Below are positions 44,794 through 53,674 of a stretch of 64,000 bases of DNA, one piece after another; position 1 is the stretch's first letter; every line of letters starts with the position of its first letter. A program made the translations under genes and the position numbers. The notes beneath the pieces were generated by a model. The model worked only from the letters and a program-made list of their open reading frames with translations, did no database searches and was not told the DNA's origin. The stretch is from the NCBI GenBank assembly GCA_020434585.1, contig JAGRAN010000032.1, forward strand, positions 11,013-75,012, written 5' to 3'. Source of the stretch: Bdellovibrionales bacterium. Lineage in GTDB: Bacteria > Bdellovibrionota_C > UBA2361 > SZUA-149 > JAGRAN01.

Positions 44794-45069
44794 TTATCTG
44801 TTTTCGTAATTGTAGACAATCCAGGCACAATCGTGCTGTAAACCGGTGTTATCGACGACTCCGGCAGGGATTACCAACTCTTCCCAGGTGCCCCCTTCGT
44901 CCCCCTCAGAGCCACCCGCGATGATGCAAGAACTGTAAGCGTAGCTCCAACCAGTAGCAAATTTGAATTCGCTAATCGCAACCAACGCAATTAGCGCCAT
45001 GTTAGCGGTCACGACGTACTCAAGCATCGTTGCGCCTTTTTCAGATAGTAATTTGTTAAAACGAACCAT
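44794..45069 (-). CDS. Flp-type pilin-like protein with extended Cys-containing C-terminus
   Basis: GAGGGA RBS. MVRFNKLLSEKG/ATMLEYVVTANMALIALVAI matches the Flp prepilin motif. The C-terminal ~55 aa contain 2 Cys. Confidence 0.5.
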   Translation of the reverse strand: MVRFNKLLSEKGATMLEYVVTANMALIALVAISEFKFATGWSYAYSSCIIAGGSEGDEGGTWEELVIPAGVVDNTGLQHDCAWIVYNYENR

Positions 45070-45205
45070 TTGCTGTCCCTCATACCTGGGCCGGTGCCCC
45101 CCGGCCTCCCAACAACCTCTTATCCGCTCAGATTTATTATTGCTTCCGACTGGGACTGGGGTATCCCCAGATTCGATCTGATTCGGACAACCTCTTACAA
45201 ATACT

Positions 45206-46018
45206 TTACTGATCGGAATCAGTCTCGGGCTCGTCTATCCAGCTAAATGCTGTGAGAACAACTCTAGTGCCTGCAGCCTTTCCGGGGACCTCGTGAACGT
45301 CCTTATCGAATTTTGAGATAAAGTCACGCGCCTCCCGGTGCAGCTTTTTCCCTCGCTCCAGAAGCCATTTGCGGATCTTCGGCACGTCTTCCTTGAAAAC
45401 ATTGTCGTATTCAGTTCGAATGTGCAGATTGACAGCCTCACCGGGAGATTCGATATTCTCCTGAGAGCAAGTTGCCAAAGTTTCGATGTTGCGCGCCAGC
45501 AAATCGTGGGCTCTAGAGGAGTCTTTGCTATAAGACTGATAGTCGCTTACCAACCGAACTCCGCGCGGTGTGCGCTCCACAGCTCCTAATCTTTCAAGTT
45601 CAAATAATATAGTACCGGGCTTAAGCGTAGAATTCACCGTGGAAACTAGCTTTGCAAACTCGTTGTTCTCTTTCGAAATTGAGAGGACTCTCGGTTTGCC
45701 GTCTTGAGTAGTAAACTGCTCCGACTGCTCCCACTGTCCCATCACTTGCATGGATACGTTCGAAGTGGGGCGTTCTTCAGTTCTTTCCGGGTCGAGCAAT
45801 CGCGCGACATCCTTTCTATGAACGCCAGTCATCACGTTAATGCGCGCGATGGTTGCACGTTTGCCTGCTTTGGCAATTTCGGTTTGAGCTTCTTCTACAA
45901 GCAGCTGTTTCAAGACTTCCACCATTGATTTAAGTGTGACTCCTCGTCGCAGCCAATAGCGAGCGATCGGGCGCAGCACCTTACTTAAGTTATGGATGGA
46001 TTTCTCGTCAGCTTGCAT
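45206..46018 (-). CDS. uncharacterised HTH-like protein, paralogue A
   Basis: It aligns end to end by eye with 51731..52546, for example INVMTGVHRKDVARLL vs ISIMTGIHRKEVRSLM, ELERLGAVER vs ELERAGIVER, and LHIRTEYDNV vs LHLRTEYDNI. Confidence 0.7.
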   Translation of the reverse strand: MQADEKSIHNLSKVLRPIARYWLRRGVTLKSMVEVLKQLLVEEAQTEIAKAGKRATIARINVMTGVHRKDVARLLDPERTEERPTSNVSMQVMGQWEQSEQFTTQDGKPRVLSISKENNEFAKLVSTVNSTLKPGTILFELERLGAVERTPRGVRLVSDYQSYSKDSSRAHDLLARNIETLATCSQENIESPGEAVNLHIRTEYDNVFKEDVPKIRKWLLERGKKLHREARDFISKFDKDVHEVPGKAAGTRVVLTAFSWIDEPETDSDQ

Positions 46019-46234
46019 AAAAGATGAAAAAATTCGCTCTTATCCTACTAGCATCGTCCGATCCCTAAACAAAGTCGAGTAAAAACACAGGGATCCTCAT
46101 AAGTAGCTGTAAGAACACCGGAAATTCAGACGGCTTAGATTGCGAGATCTTGTGTCCCGTGGCGTTTGAGCACAAGTTTCGCACATGCAGAATTAATCCA
46201 GAGGCTATTTGTTCTCGTGCGGGTGGGGGCTGAC

Positions 46235-47113
46235 CTAGGCGTAAGCTTCGGCAGCAGCCAGCTGGCTCAGGCTGATTCTGCCCTGGGTAAATGTGCAGAA
46301 TTCAACGCAGCGGTTCATCAAGGCGGCTTTTAATGCTGTCTGCAGAGAGCCAAGAGATTGTTTGTGGTCCGAAGCTTCGACGCGTTTAGACAGTACGTCT
46401 AGGTCCTGGATCACACCCATCAGTGTTTGAAGCTGAGTGCGCTGTGCGCTGTCGAAGGCAGGAGTGTATGGCAAGGCATTCTCGAAAGCGGAGCATAGGT
46501 AGCGATAGTGCTTAAATGCGATTCGGGCTTTGTGAATTGTCGCCGTGTCCGACGCTTCACATTCTGACAGAGCTTGTTTAGCTTCGTGTTCAGCAATTCG
46601 AACGAAGTCACACAAAATTGACGATAAGAAAGCGTCATCGATACTGGCTAGCTGCTCGGCCTGCTGCTCAAGCCGCCTTTGATATCTTTTTGTTTCTTTG
46701 AGGGTGTGTGTTCTTAAGTGCTTTTTCGCCTTCTTACTTAGCTTGTTTTCTTTTGACTCAAGCTCTTCATAAAATGCTGTCTCTCTGGCCGCTTCGCCCA
46801 TCAATAAACCAACCGTGCTTTGCATCACGTGAATATCTCGCAAGGAGCTCAGGCATTTCAGGCGTTCGCGAACGATATTCTCAACCCGCGCAGCCGACTT
46901 TTTGTCGCGACAAATTCGCTCGAGAATGCTGCAGAGTGCCAGCAATTTTCGGCTGCTGATGCGGAGCTTGTGGACGGAGTTTTCTGTTAGATTCTTTTTG
47001 CAGCGATTGAAGGCACGGTTGTGTTGCTTGAACGACTTCTTGAGTTCTTCAAGCAGGTAGGAAGCGATATCAGTTTTGACTGGCTGCCCCAAAATGATGC
47101 ACCTCAGATTCAA
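46235..47113 (-). CDS. CHAD-domain protein
   Basis: All-helical, with repeated conserved His/Arg helices: VHKLRISSRKLLALCSILE, LRDIHVMQS, IHKARIAFKHYRYLCSAFE, LMGVIQDLDVL. Confidence 0.7.
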   Translation of the reverse strand: MNLRCIILGQPVKTDIASYLLEELKKSFKQHNRAFNRCKKNLTENSVHKLRISSRKLLALCSILERICRDKKSAARVENIVRERLKCLSSLRDIHVMQSTVGLLMGEAARETAFYEELESKENKLSKKAKKHLRTHTLKETKRYQRRLEQQAEQLASIDDAFLSSILCDFVRIAEHEAKQALSECEASDTATIHKARIAFKHYRYLCSAFENALPYTPAFDSAQRTQLQTLMGVIQDLDVLSKRVEASDHKQSLGSLQTALKAALMNRCVEFCTFTQGRISLSQLAAAEAYA

Positions 47114-47343
47114 ATCCTCAGAAGCTTATCATGGGCTTCGCAGCTAATCGAGTTTGCAGGCTAAAGATAAAATTAGCTGCCGGATTAACAAGGTTTATTA
47201 AGATATCACTGCGATGCATAATTGCTGGGTGCAGAAGTCGAGAACCTTGAATGGTTCTAACCTACAGCCCCCAGTAAACGCGGCGATGCGCGCAGACAAT
47301 CGGGCGAGTGGAAAGCACGGAGAAACGCGTCCAGAGCGTCGCG

Positions 47344-48627
47344 TTAGCTGATCTGCTCGATGAGGACCATCGTCAGTAGCACCAGGCTCACGGCAGCCGC
47401 GATCCAGTCGGCGGCGCGAGGACGTTCTTCGCCTCCTTTCCTCCAGAGAAACAGCGGATACGCGGCGATGCACCCGAAGAGCGCAACGGCGATGCTCGAG
47501 CAGAGGATGCCAGCCAGGGCAACGAGCTCGAGGTACCGCGTGATGCGGTCGCGTTCCAGATCGCAGTACGGGTACTTGGCGATGTTGTATCCGACGAACG
47601 CCAATGCAACCGCGGAGGCGAACGCTGGGACTGCTGAAGTCACGGGGGCAGTGAACACCATGATGACGAACAGCAACCCCGTGACGAGCGTGCAAACCCG
47701 AGTGCGTCCACCCGCCAGGATGCCGGTGATGCCCTCGAAAGCGACGATGATGGTTCCAGTGCCGAAGACGGGACCGATAGCACCAATCGCGCCGCTGGCC
47801 GTGAGGCCGCGAGTGAGATGCACCGGAGAGCCGTCGGCTTCCTGCAGATCGGGCGCAGGCGAGACTTTCGCCTCGAAGGTCGAAACGACGTCTGCGATCA
47901 AGACCGCCAACAGGGTCAACATCTCGTCGAGGTACTCGAACCGGAGTGCTGATGAAATGTCGGGCGAGATCCAGCGCAGCTCTGGCGCGGCGAAGATCTT
48001 GTCCGGCAGCTCGGCGTCGCCAAGCAGCAGTCCACCGACCATCGCGACGCTGATGCCGATCAGAATGGCGATTGGCCGACTGCGCTTGAACTCCCAGACC
48101 GCGAACAGCACAGCGGTTCCGAGGAGGAACAGAGCGCTTTGCGAGGTCAGCTTGAGGCCGAGCAGCACCGACCCTCCGCCGAGTAGACCGGCGGTGCGCG
48201 CTGCAGCCGCTATCAGGTAGTACCCAATCGCGAGCTTCACGACGCACTTCAGTCGAAACGGGGTGGCGGCAGCAGCGCGCGTGACCAGTCCGGAGACTGA
48301 CATCAGGGCGAACACTGCAGACGAGCAGACCGCGATTCCGAGGATGTGAGTCCACGGGATGTGGTTCGCAGCAAAGGCTCCGAAGAGCGAGAGCGGAACG
48401 ATTCCGGGAATCATCACTCCGGGCGGCTTCGGGACGAGCAGCGCGTAGAGCAGCGTGCTCACAGCGCAGAGCAGCGCGGCGAGCGTACTCGACTCCTGAG
48501 CGGTAAACCCGGAGCCCTGCATGAATGCAGGAGTAAGCGGAACGATGTACATGACCGAAACCGCGGTAACGGTGCCGGCGATGACCTGCGAGAGCAGGCT
48601 GCGATGAACGTGTGTCTCGAACTGCAA
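47344..48627 (-). CDS. NCS2-family (AzgA-like purine) permease (GC-rich island D)
   Basis: TTG start. The N-terminus FETHVHRSLLSQVIAGTVTAVSVMYIVPLTP resembles the AzgA-type E..AG.TTF.TM.YI..VNP motif. About 12 TM segments follow. The overlapping ORFs 47198..48793(-) and 47360..48220(+) are Arg/Ser-rich shadow ORFs. Confidence 0.6.
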   Translation of the reverse strand: MQFETHVHRSLLSQVIAGTVTAVSVMYIVPLTPAFMQGSGFTAQESSTLAALLCAVSTLLYALLVPKPPGVMIPGIVPLSLFGAFAANHIPWTHILGIAVCSSAVFALMSVSGLVTRAAAATPFRLKCVVKLAIGYYLIAAAARTAGLLGGGSVLLGLKLTSQSALFLLGTAVLFAVWEFKRSRPIAILIGISVAMVGGLLLGDAELPDKIFAAPELRWISPDISSALRFEYLDEMLTLLAVLIADVVSTFEAKVSPAPDLQEADGSPVHLTRGLTASGAIGAIGPVFGTGTIIVAFEGITGILAGGRTRVCTLVTGLLFVIMVFTAPVTSAVPAFASAVALAFVGYNIAKYPYCDLERDRITRYLELVALAGILCSSIAVALFGCIAAYPLFLWRKGGEERPRAADWIAAAVSLVLLTMVLIEQIS

Positions 48628-49200
48628 CTGAATACTCCGTGACGGTTTGGGGTGGAATAGTGAAGAGGTGTTGTTCGATCACTCGCCAACGAACGACACC
48701 AGACCCGGATGCAGCACAAGGTGCAGATTCCGGGTCCAGTGCCGATCGATTTGTTCCAATCACGGAGAAAAGAACCACAATGACTTCATACACACCGCCT
48801 GAGGTTCACGCTCAGCAGGTGTGTTGAACTAATGCTTCTACTCACGACCAAATTTGCGATTCAGCAGCGTATGGTAGTGCATCAATTACGTCAAGAATCT
48901 GGGCGGCTTAGATTGTTTGTTTCTTGTTAATAATGCGTTGCAGCTGCGCAAGGGACACGCAGGCAAGAATTTAAGCAGACAAATCGAGCCGCGACTGGAT
49001 AAAAATATACATTGTTACAAATTATCATAATGAGCGATTAACCACTTTAGTGCGTAAAAAAAGAGGTTCAGCTAGAAACTACGAATTCAACGTTACAATG
49101 TTACGATACTTTGCTTAGAGAAGTTGCTTGCCCGGAGTATGCTGGACCTATAACCCATTCGAGTATTTCCTGTGTTTGTATATAGTTAAGGAGCTTTACG

Positions 49201-49929
49201 ATGTTCTCCGGCAAAAAATCAACGCTAATCTGCAGTTCTCTAGTTGCGCTGACTACACTTAGCGGCTGCTTGTCTCGTTCAATTTCTGGCGGAGCCGGCG
49301 GCCGCGGCTTGCACCAACAGCAGGCTGTTATCTACGGAGGAGAGCTTTCAGAGAACGATGTCCTCGGCTTGTCGTCCGCTGCTTTGGTGAGCGACGAGCA
49401 GATTCAAAACGCACTGGATTCAGCGGCAAAGATACAGATTACGAAGGGAGCTAAGATAATGCTCGTGCAGTCGGGAGCGAGAGTGCCCGATCATTCGATG
49501 ATTAAGTCGTTCGAATCGAACTACGGAGTTAGTGTTTTTTCGGGGATTGCAGAAAACTCGTCCCCCCAATCATCTTATGCGAAGGCGCTGCGGTTGGCCG
49601 CTGCAAGAAGCGGAAGCGAGAAAATTGTTTGCTATTGGGGGAAGGTTGAATCAGCATCGCGCGAGCTTGAAACAAAAGTTGTTTCGTGGGTGCCGATTGT
49701 CGGCCAGATTGTCCCGGACAAAGCGCAGCGAATGCGCATCCAGCTGAAGATCGCTGTGATCGATGTTAGAACCGGCTCGTGGGACATTTACTCTTCCAAA
49801 ACCTTTGACGATCTTTCAGTAAGTGCAAAGATTAGCCGCGAGTCGTCTGATCAAGGGCAAATTGATGAGTTGAAATCCAAAGCGTACAAAGCCGCAGCCG
49901 AGGAGTTTATCCAAAGGTACTCTGTGTGA
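49201..49929 (+). CDS. hypothetical lipoprotein
   Basis: AAGGAG RBS and lipobox LTTLSGC. I recognise no family. Confidence 0.65.
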   Translation: MFSGKKSTLICSSLVALTTLSGCLSRSISGGAGGRGLHQQQAVIYGGELSENDVLGLSSAALVSDEQIQNALDSAAKIQITKGAKIMLVQSGARVPDHSMIKSFESNYGVSVFSGIAENSSPQSSYAKALRLAAARSGSEKIVCYWGKVESASRELETKVVSWVPIVGQIVPDKAQRMRIQLKIAVIDVRTGSWDIYSSKTFDDLSVSAKISRESSDQGQIDELKSKAYKAAAEEFIQRYSV

Positions 49930-50067
49930 GGTTTAGTGAAACTCTGCCTCTTCCATATGCCGACTGAGGAGAGAGTCGGGCTGTATTGATGGCTTTTGTT
50001 GCCCCGCAGTGGCCCAGAGTGCTACGTTCAGTGCTGCTAATGTTCGGATTGACCGGGGGAAGCGGCA

Positions 50068-50412
50068 ATGAAACTAAACTACTTAGCATTGACTTCACTG
50101 GCAGTGTGCTTAGCTGCACCAAGCGTCTCGGCTCAGCCGATTCGGGCGCCGTATTACAGTGCGTATCGCTCAAACGGATATTCGACTAAGAACGTGACCG
50201 TTCGAAAGAAAGGAGAGAATCCGTTCGAGTTTCGTAACGACCACAAAGGTGTAAACATGGATGCGTGGGAAGCGAATCGGGTAGCAAACCCATCTCAACG
50301 CGCTCCCATTAACCAGCCAGAAGCCAGAACTCCGCAAACGCAGAGCGCCCCCGTTCCTGAAGGTCGTGCGCTCGATCCGGATTACGACCCGATGCATCGA
50401 TCGGGGAAATAG
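50068..50412 (+). CDS. small secreted hypothetical protein
   Basis: Signal peptide MKLNYLALTSLAVCLAAPSVSA/QP. The mature part is Pro/Asn/Arg-rich. Confidence 0.5.
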   Translation: MKLNYLALTSLAVCLAAPSVSAQPIRAPYYSAYRSNGYSTKNVTVRKKGENPFEFRNDHKGVNMDAWEANRVANPSQRAPINQPEARTPQTQSAPVPEGRALDPDYDPMHRSGK

Positions 50413-50418
50413 CAGTAA

Positions 50419-51222
50419 CTAGTCTGCCGGCAGATATTTAAGGAACGAGCCGGGCTTTCGATACAGCTCTTGAGGAATTTTTCCTTCAAGAGACTTCTCA
50501 TGATACTCGGGAAGCTTGGACCAATGTAGTCCCTGTTTCATGTGATGAGCAGTGTGATACCCAAGATTACCCGTTAGAATATTATACCAGCGGTGCATAA
50601 TATTATACGAAGCTTCGTGATGGTCGTCTGAATCAAGGCCCGCATGATGAAAGAATGTATGCAGGCAGGTGATGACGTAGCTTCCGGTCATCGGAATGAT
50701 GAAAACAAAAAGCGCCGCAACCCAGTTGTAGTAAATCATCGCACTCAGGATAACTAAACAAAGTGCGGTCATCGCGAGCATGGGCCGCAGAATTTTCGGG
50801 TGACGCATGCCGACTTGAATCGCGCGCGGGTAGCCTGTGAGCGCAGTCGCCAGAGTGTATTCGATCACACCCATAGTTGTTCCATCGCGGCGCATCCAGC
50901 GTGATTCGTCCTTTGATTGATCGAGGTAGTTCAGGTGATGGCCGAGGACATGATGTAAGGTCCAGGTGTTTGTTGCCATCGCTGTCTGGAAGAAAAAGAC
51001 AATCTCCAGCAGACGATTCATGAATACATTTCTAAACATTGGTACATGCTGATGATGGTGGTTCCAGGCGCAAATCAGGCCCTTGGGGATTATAGTTAGG
51101 GCACCGTAAAGTGCGAGAAGCCAAGTATTTGAAATAGTGAAGAAAACGAGCAAATCGAGCGCGAAGAAGGAGAAGAACACGATGACCGGGAGCTGGTCTT
51201 CTTTATACCGGGTAAATGCCAT
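50419..51222 (-). CDS. membrane fatty-acid desaturase family protein
   Basis: Three His boxes: WNHHHQH, HVLGHH and HTAHHMKQGLH. Four TM segments. Confidence 0.85.
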   Translation of the reverse strand: MAFTRYKEDQLPVIVFFSFFALDLLVFFTISNTWLLALYGALTIIPKGLICAWNHHHQHVPMFRNVFMNRLLEIVFFFQTAMATNTWTLHHVLGHHLNYLDQSKDESRWMRRDGTTMGVIEYTLATALTGYPRAIQVGMRHPKILRPMLAMTALCLVILSAMIYYNWVAALFVFIIPMTGSYVITCLHTFFHHAGLDSDDHHEASYNIMHRWYNILTGNLGYHTAHHMKQGLHWSKLPEYHEKSLEGKIPQELYRKPGSFLKYLPAD

Positions 51223-51341
51223 TTATGACTCGAATTATCGGGCTGGACAGGCAATCTGCTACAGCGGAAGTTTACACGCACTAGCCAGACTGTCTACGAG
51301 AAAAATCACCGCTAATCAAGCGGCAGGAGTCTCGCGTAACA

Positions 51342-51734
51342 TCAGCGGGCAGTTCGCGGGCGTCGATCAGTTCTTTCGTCGATCATTCTGGCGTCAATTC
51401 TACGCTGCTGCGAATCGTATTCGAAGATGATTTGCACGAGGACAGTATTGTTGCCCAAGCGCATTAATGTGTAAGTAGCGTCAATATCTGCTCGGCGAAA
51501 CCGTAGCAATATATCGTTAAGCAGTCTGACAGGAACCCTAATTGAAAAGCTTCCGGCTTCGTCGCTCACGTCGCTGTCACCAGTTTCTTCAACGATGACC
51601 TCTACACCTTCGAGTGGTTCACCGTTCTTGCTTGCGATGCTGCCCTCGATGGTGATGCCGCCAGTTCCTTCCGAGCCTCCGCCACAGGCACATAGTACCA
51701 TGATGCAAAACAAAGACGTTACTAATGCTTTCAT
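51342..51734 (-). CDS. small lipoprotein with carboxypeptidase-regulatory-like beta-sandwich
   Basis: Lipobox VLCAC. IEGSIASKNGEPLEGVEVIVEETGDSDVSDEAGSFSIRVP is present. It has a 4-nt overlap with upstream paralogue B. Confidence 0.55.
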   Translation of the reverse strand: MKALVTSLFCIMVLCACGGGSEGTGGITIEGSIASKNGEPLEGVEVIVEETGDSDVSDEAGSFSIRVPVRLLNDILLRFRRADIDATYTLMRLGNNTVLVQIIFEYDSQQRRIDARMIDERTDRRPRTAR

Positions 51735-52546
51735 TTTGTTTCAGCCTTATCCTGTGGTTCGCATACGAAACTAAACGCAGTTGCGGCGACTTTACCGCCG
51801 CCCTTAAGGTCCTTTAGCTCCCGGTTAATGTCTTTATCGTGGGACGCGAGGTATTCCCTCAGTCGTTTCTGAAAGACTGAACCCTCTCGGAGCAGCCAGG
51901 TTTTTATTTCGGGAATTCGTTCTACGGCGATATTGTCGTATTCCGTTCTGAGGTGGAGGTGGGGAACTGACTCTGAGCCGAAAATGTTTTCCTCTACTGC
52001 GCGAGTAATATTCTCAGTATCGCTGGCCAGCATGCGAAAACCTTCGTGGTAGTCGCTGCGTGGGATGTACATCTTCTCTTTAAGAGAAACATTTTCATTT
52101 TCGCGTTCGACTATTCCGGCTCGTTCAAGCTCGGCGAGAACTGTGTATGGATTCACATCTTTACTTACTTGAAAAACGAGCGAATGAAATTCACTGTCTT
52201 CCCCGGTGCAGTTTAAAGGGCGAGGGCCGCGTTTTTGGTCCTGGTATTTCGGGTCTTCAAGCCATTGGCCGATAACGCGAGTGAGTAAGCTGCTCTTTGA
52301 GTCCGGCTGATGTTCCTGCATTAAGCTTCGCACTTCTTTGCGGTGAATTCCGGTCATAATTGAAATTCTGCTGACACTGGGTTTTGCGTCGGCTTGGTGC
52401 AGCTCGTCCTCGGCGAGCTTCACAAGTGCTTGCTTCAGTGCGCCAACCACGCGTTGAATCCCAATGCCGTGGCGCAGACAAAAGCGGGCCACTGGCCTCA
52501 CGAGGAGCGACAGACAGTCATTTAGAATTTCTTCGGAGCGCGCCAT
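51731..52546 (-). CDS. uncharacterised HTH-like protein, paralogue B
   Basis: Paralogue of 45206..46018, with the same length and shared blocks throughout. Confidence 0.7.
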   Translation of the reverse strand: MARSEEILNDCLSLLVRPVARFCLRHGIGIQRVVGALKQALVKLAEDELHQADAKPSVSRISIMTGIHRKEVRSLMQEHQPDSKSSLLTRVIGQWLEDPKYQDQKRGPRPLNCTGEDSEFHSLVFQVSKDVNPYTVLAELERAGIVERENENVSLKEKMYIPRSDYHEGFRMLASDTENITRAVEENIFGSESVPHLHLRTEYDNIAVERIPEIKTWLLREGSVFQKRLREYLASHDKDINRELKDLKGGGKVAATAFSFVCEPQDKAETK

Positions 52547-52769
52547 TCAAGTAATGTATTCTTTTCCCACTGCTAGATTAGCCTCGATTAGGCCACAGGT
52601 CAATTCCGTTCTGCTCTCCAGCAATTTTTAAATTAGAAATAACAGGAACTTAATGCATTAAATCTTTAAATCCGGGATCTCGCCACTTGCGATACTCTTG
52701 CGTCTTTGCCATAGCGTAGTGGGGAAAATACCCACTATTTATAACATAGAGTTTAGGAGACGCAACAGT

Positions 52770-53537
52770 ATGGGCAATCGACGGTTAACAGCATTCTTTT
52801 TTCTGCTGCTCGGCTGGAGCTTCGTTCCGGCGACGGCTACGGCAGCAGATTATCTGGCATCAATTGGAGATACCGTGTCAGTTTCGGGCGGAGTTGTGAT
52901 GGTAGAAGCCGGCGACGGATTTCTTTTAGATACGCATCACGATCGCAGCTATTCGTGCGAGGGAGTTCCATCGGACAGCCAATCGGAGTTCGGCTTCAAT
53001 ACTGAGCTTGTTGGAACTATCGACAATTCTAATACGATCACCGCTGTGCCAAATGCTGACATGGCGCCGCATGTGACAGGACCACTCGGAGGGGGAGGAA
53101 CAGCGAGACTGTCTTTCGTCGCAGTGAATCCAGATCGATATCGGCTCTCTGTTGCTACGGCCAGAACCGGAGGAGAAGATGTTGCGGTAAGATGCTTTGA
53201 AACTACTCTTTTTGGTGGGTTTAATACCTATCTGAACCAGTACAATTATTTGGAGCTTGTAAATTACAGCGACCGTCCGATCAGCGGTGCGTTCGTCCTG
53301 ACAGATAACGATCACAAGGAGCGAGCGAGGCTACCGTTTAGCGTGCCTGGTGGGTCTCGGGTGGACTTCGATCTACACGGACGGGTTGGCCGCGACTTAT
53401 ATGGACTGGTGAAGGTAATCCATAATGGCCCGGTACGAGCACTTGGCGGTTCGGTCGCCTTTTACAGTAAGCGCGCTCCGGAGTCGACCGACATAGTTCT
53501 GCGCGGACGTTTTAGGCTGCGAAGCGCGCTTAACTAG
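52770..53537 (+). CDS. secreted hypothetical protein sharing a module with 57171..59393
   Basis: The ATG at 52770 has a TAGGAGA RBS. Signal peptide is LTAFFFLLLGWSFVPATATAADY. FGGFNTYLNQYNYLELVNYSDRPISGAFVLTD matches WNGFINIYSYLELINTSSTESLTATITLRD in the large protein. Confidence 0.6.
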   Translation: MGNRRLTAFFFLLLGWSFVPATATAADYLASIGDTVSVSGGVVMVEAGDGFLLDTHHDRSYSCEGVPSDSQSEFGFNTELVGTIDNSNTITAVPNADMAPHVTGPLGGGGTARLSFVAVNPDRYRLSVATARTGGEDVAVRCFETTLFGGFNTYLNQYNYLELVNYSDRPISGAFVLTDNDHKERARLPFSVPGGSRVDFDLHGRVGRDLYGLVKVIHNGPVRALGGSVAFYSKRAPESTDIVLRGRFRLRSALN

Positions 53538-53545
53538 TTTTTTAA

Positions 53546-53586
53546 GGCCCCGCCGTGGATCAGTATTCGCGGCGGGCCGTTTTTTG
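53546..53586 (+). terminator. rho-independent terminator
   Basis: Stem GGCCCCGCCG (53546-53555) / CGGCGGGCC (53570-53578), followed by GTTTTTTGTT. Confidence 0.7.
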
Positions 53587-53674
53587 TTGGTTTGAGGCGG
53601 CGGCGCCTGCTAGCCTAGCTTGGCGAACGGGTAGTATCAGCGAACTCTTGTTGCGTTCGCCTAGGAGAATCGCC

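Noticed and set aside
47141-47181. 9-bp inverted repeat GCAGCTAAT ... ATTAGCTGC upstream of the CHAD gene
   Set aside because: The 23-nt loop is long, and there is no flanking T-tract or known operator consensus. I noted it but cannot assign a function from sequence alone.
47198-48793. 531-aa minus-strand ORF and 286-aa plus-strand ORF (47360..48220) overlapping the permease gene
   Set aside because: Both are extremely Arg/Ser/Ala-rich and lack TM segments or motifs. The 427-aa frame has a coherent polytopic membrane profile and an NCS2-like N-terminal motif.
48628-49200. Possible purine riboswitch or other leader RNA upstream of the NCS2 permease, and GTTAC-containing repeats (near 49010-49110) upstream of the lipoprotein gene
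   Set aside because: None of the conserved purine-riboswitch core strings are present. The GTTAC motifs are short (5-6 nt) and AT-rich, and they do not form a convincing palindrome or tandem array.
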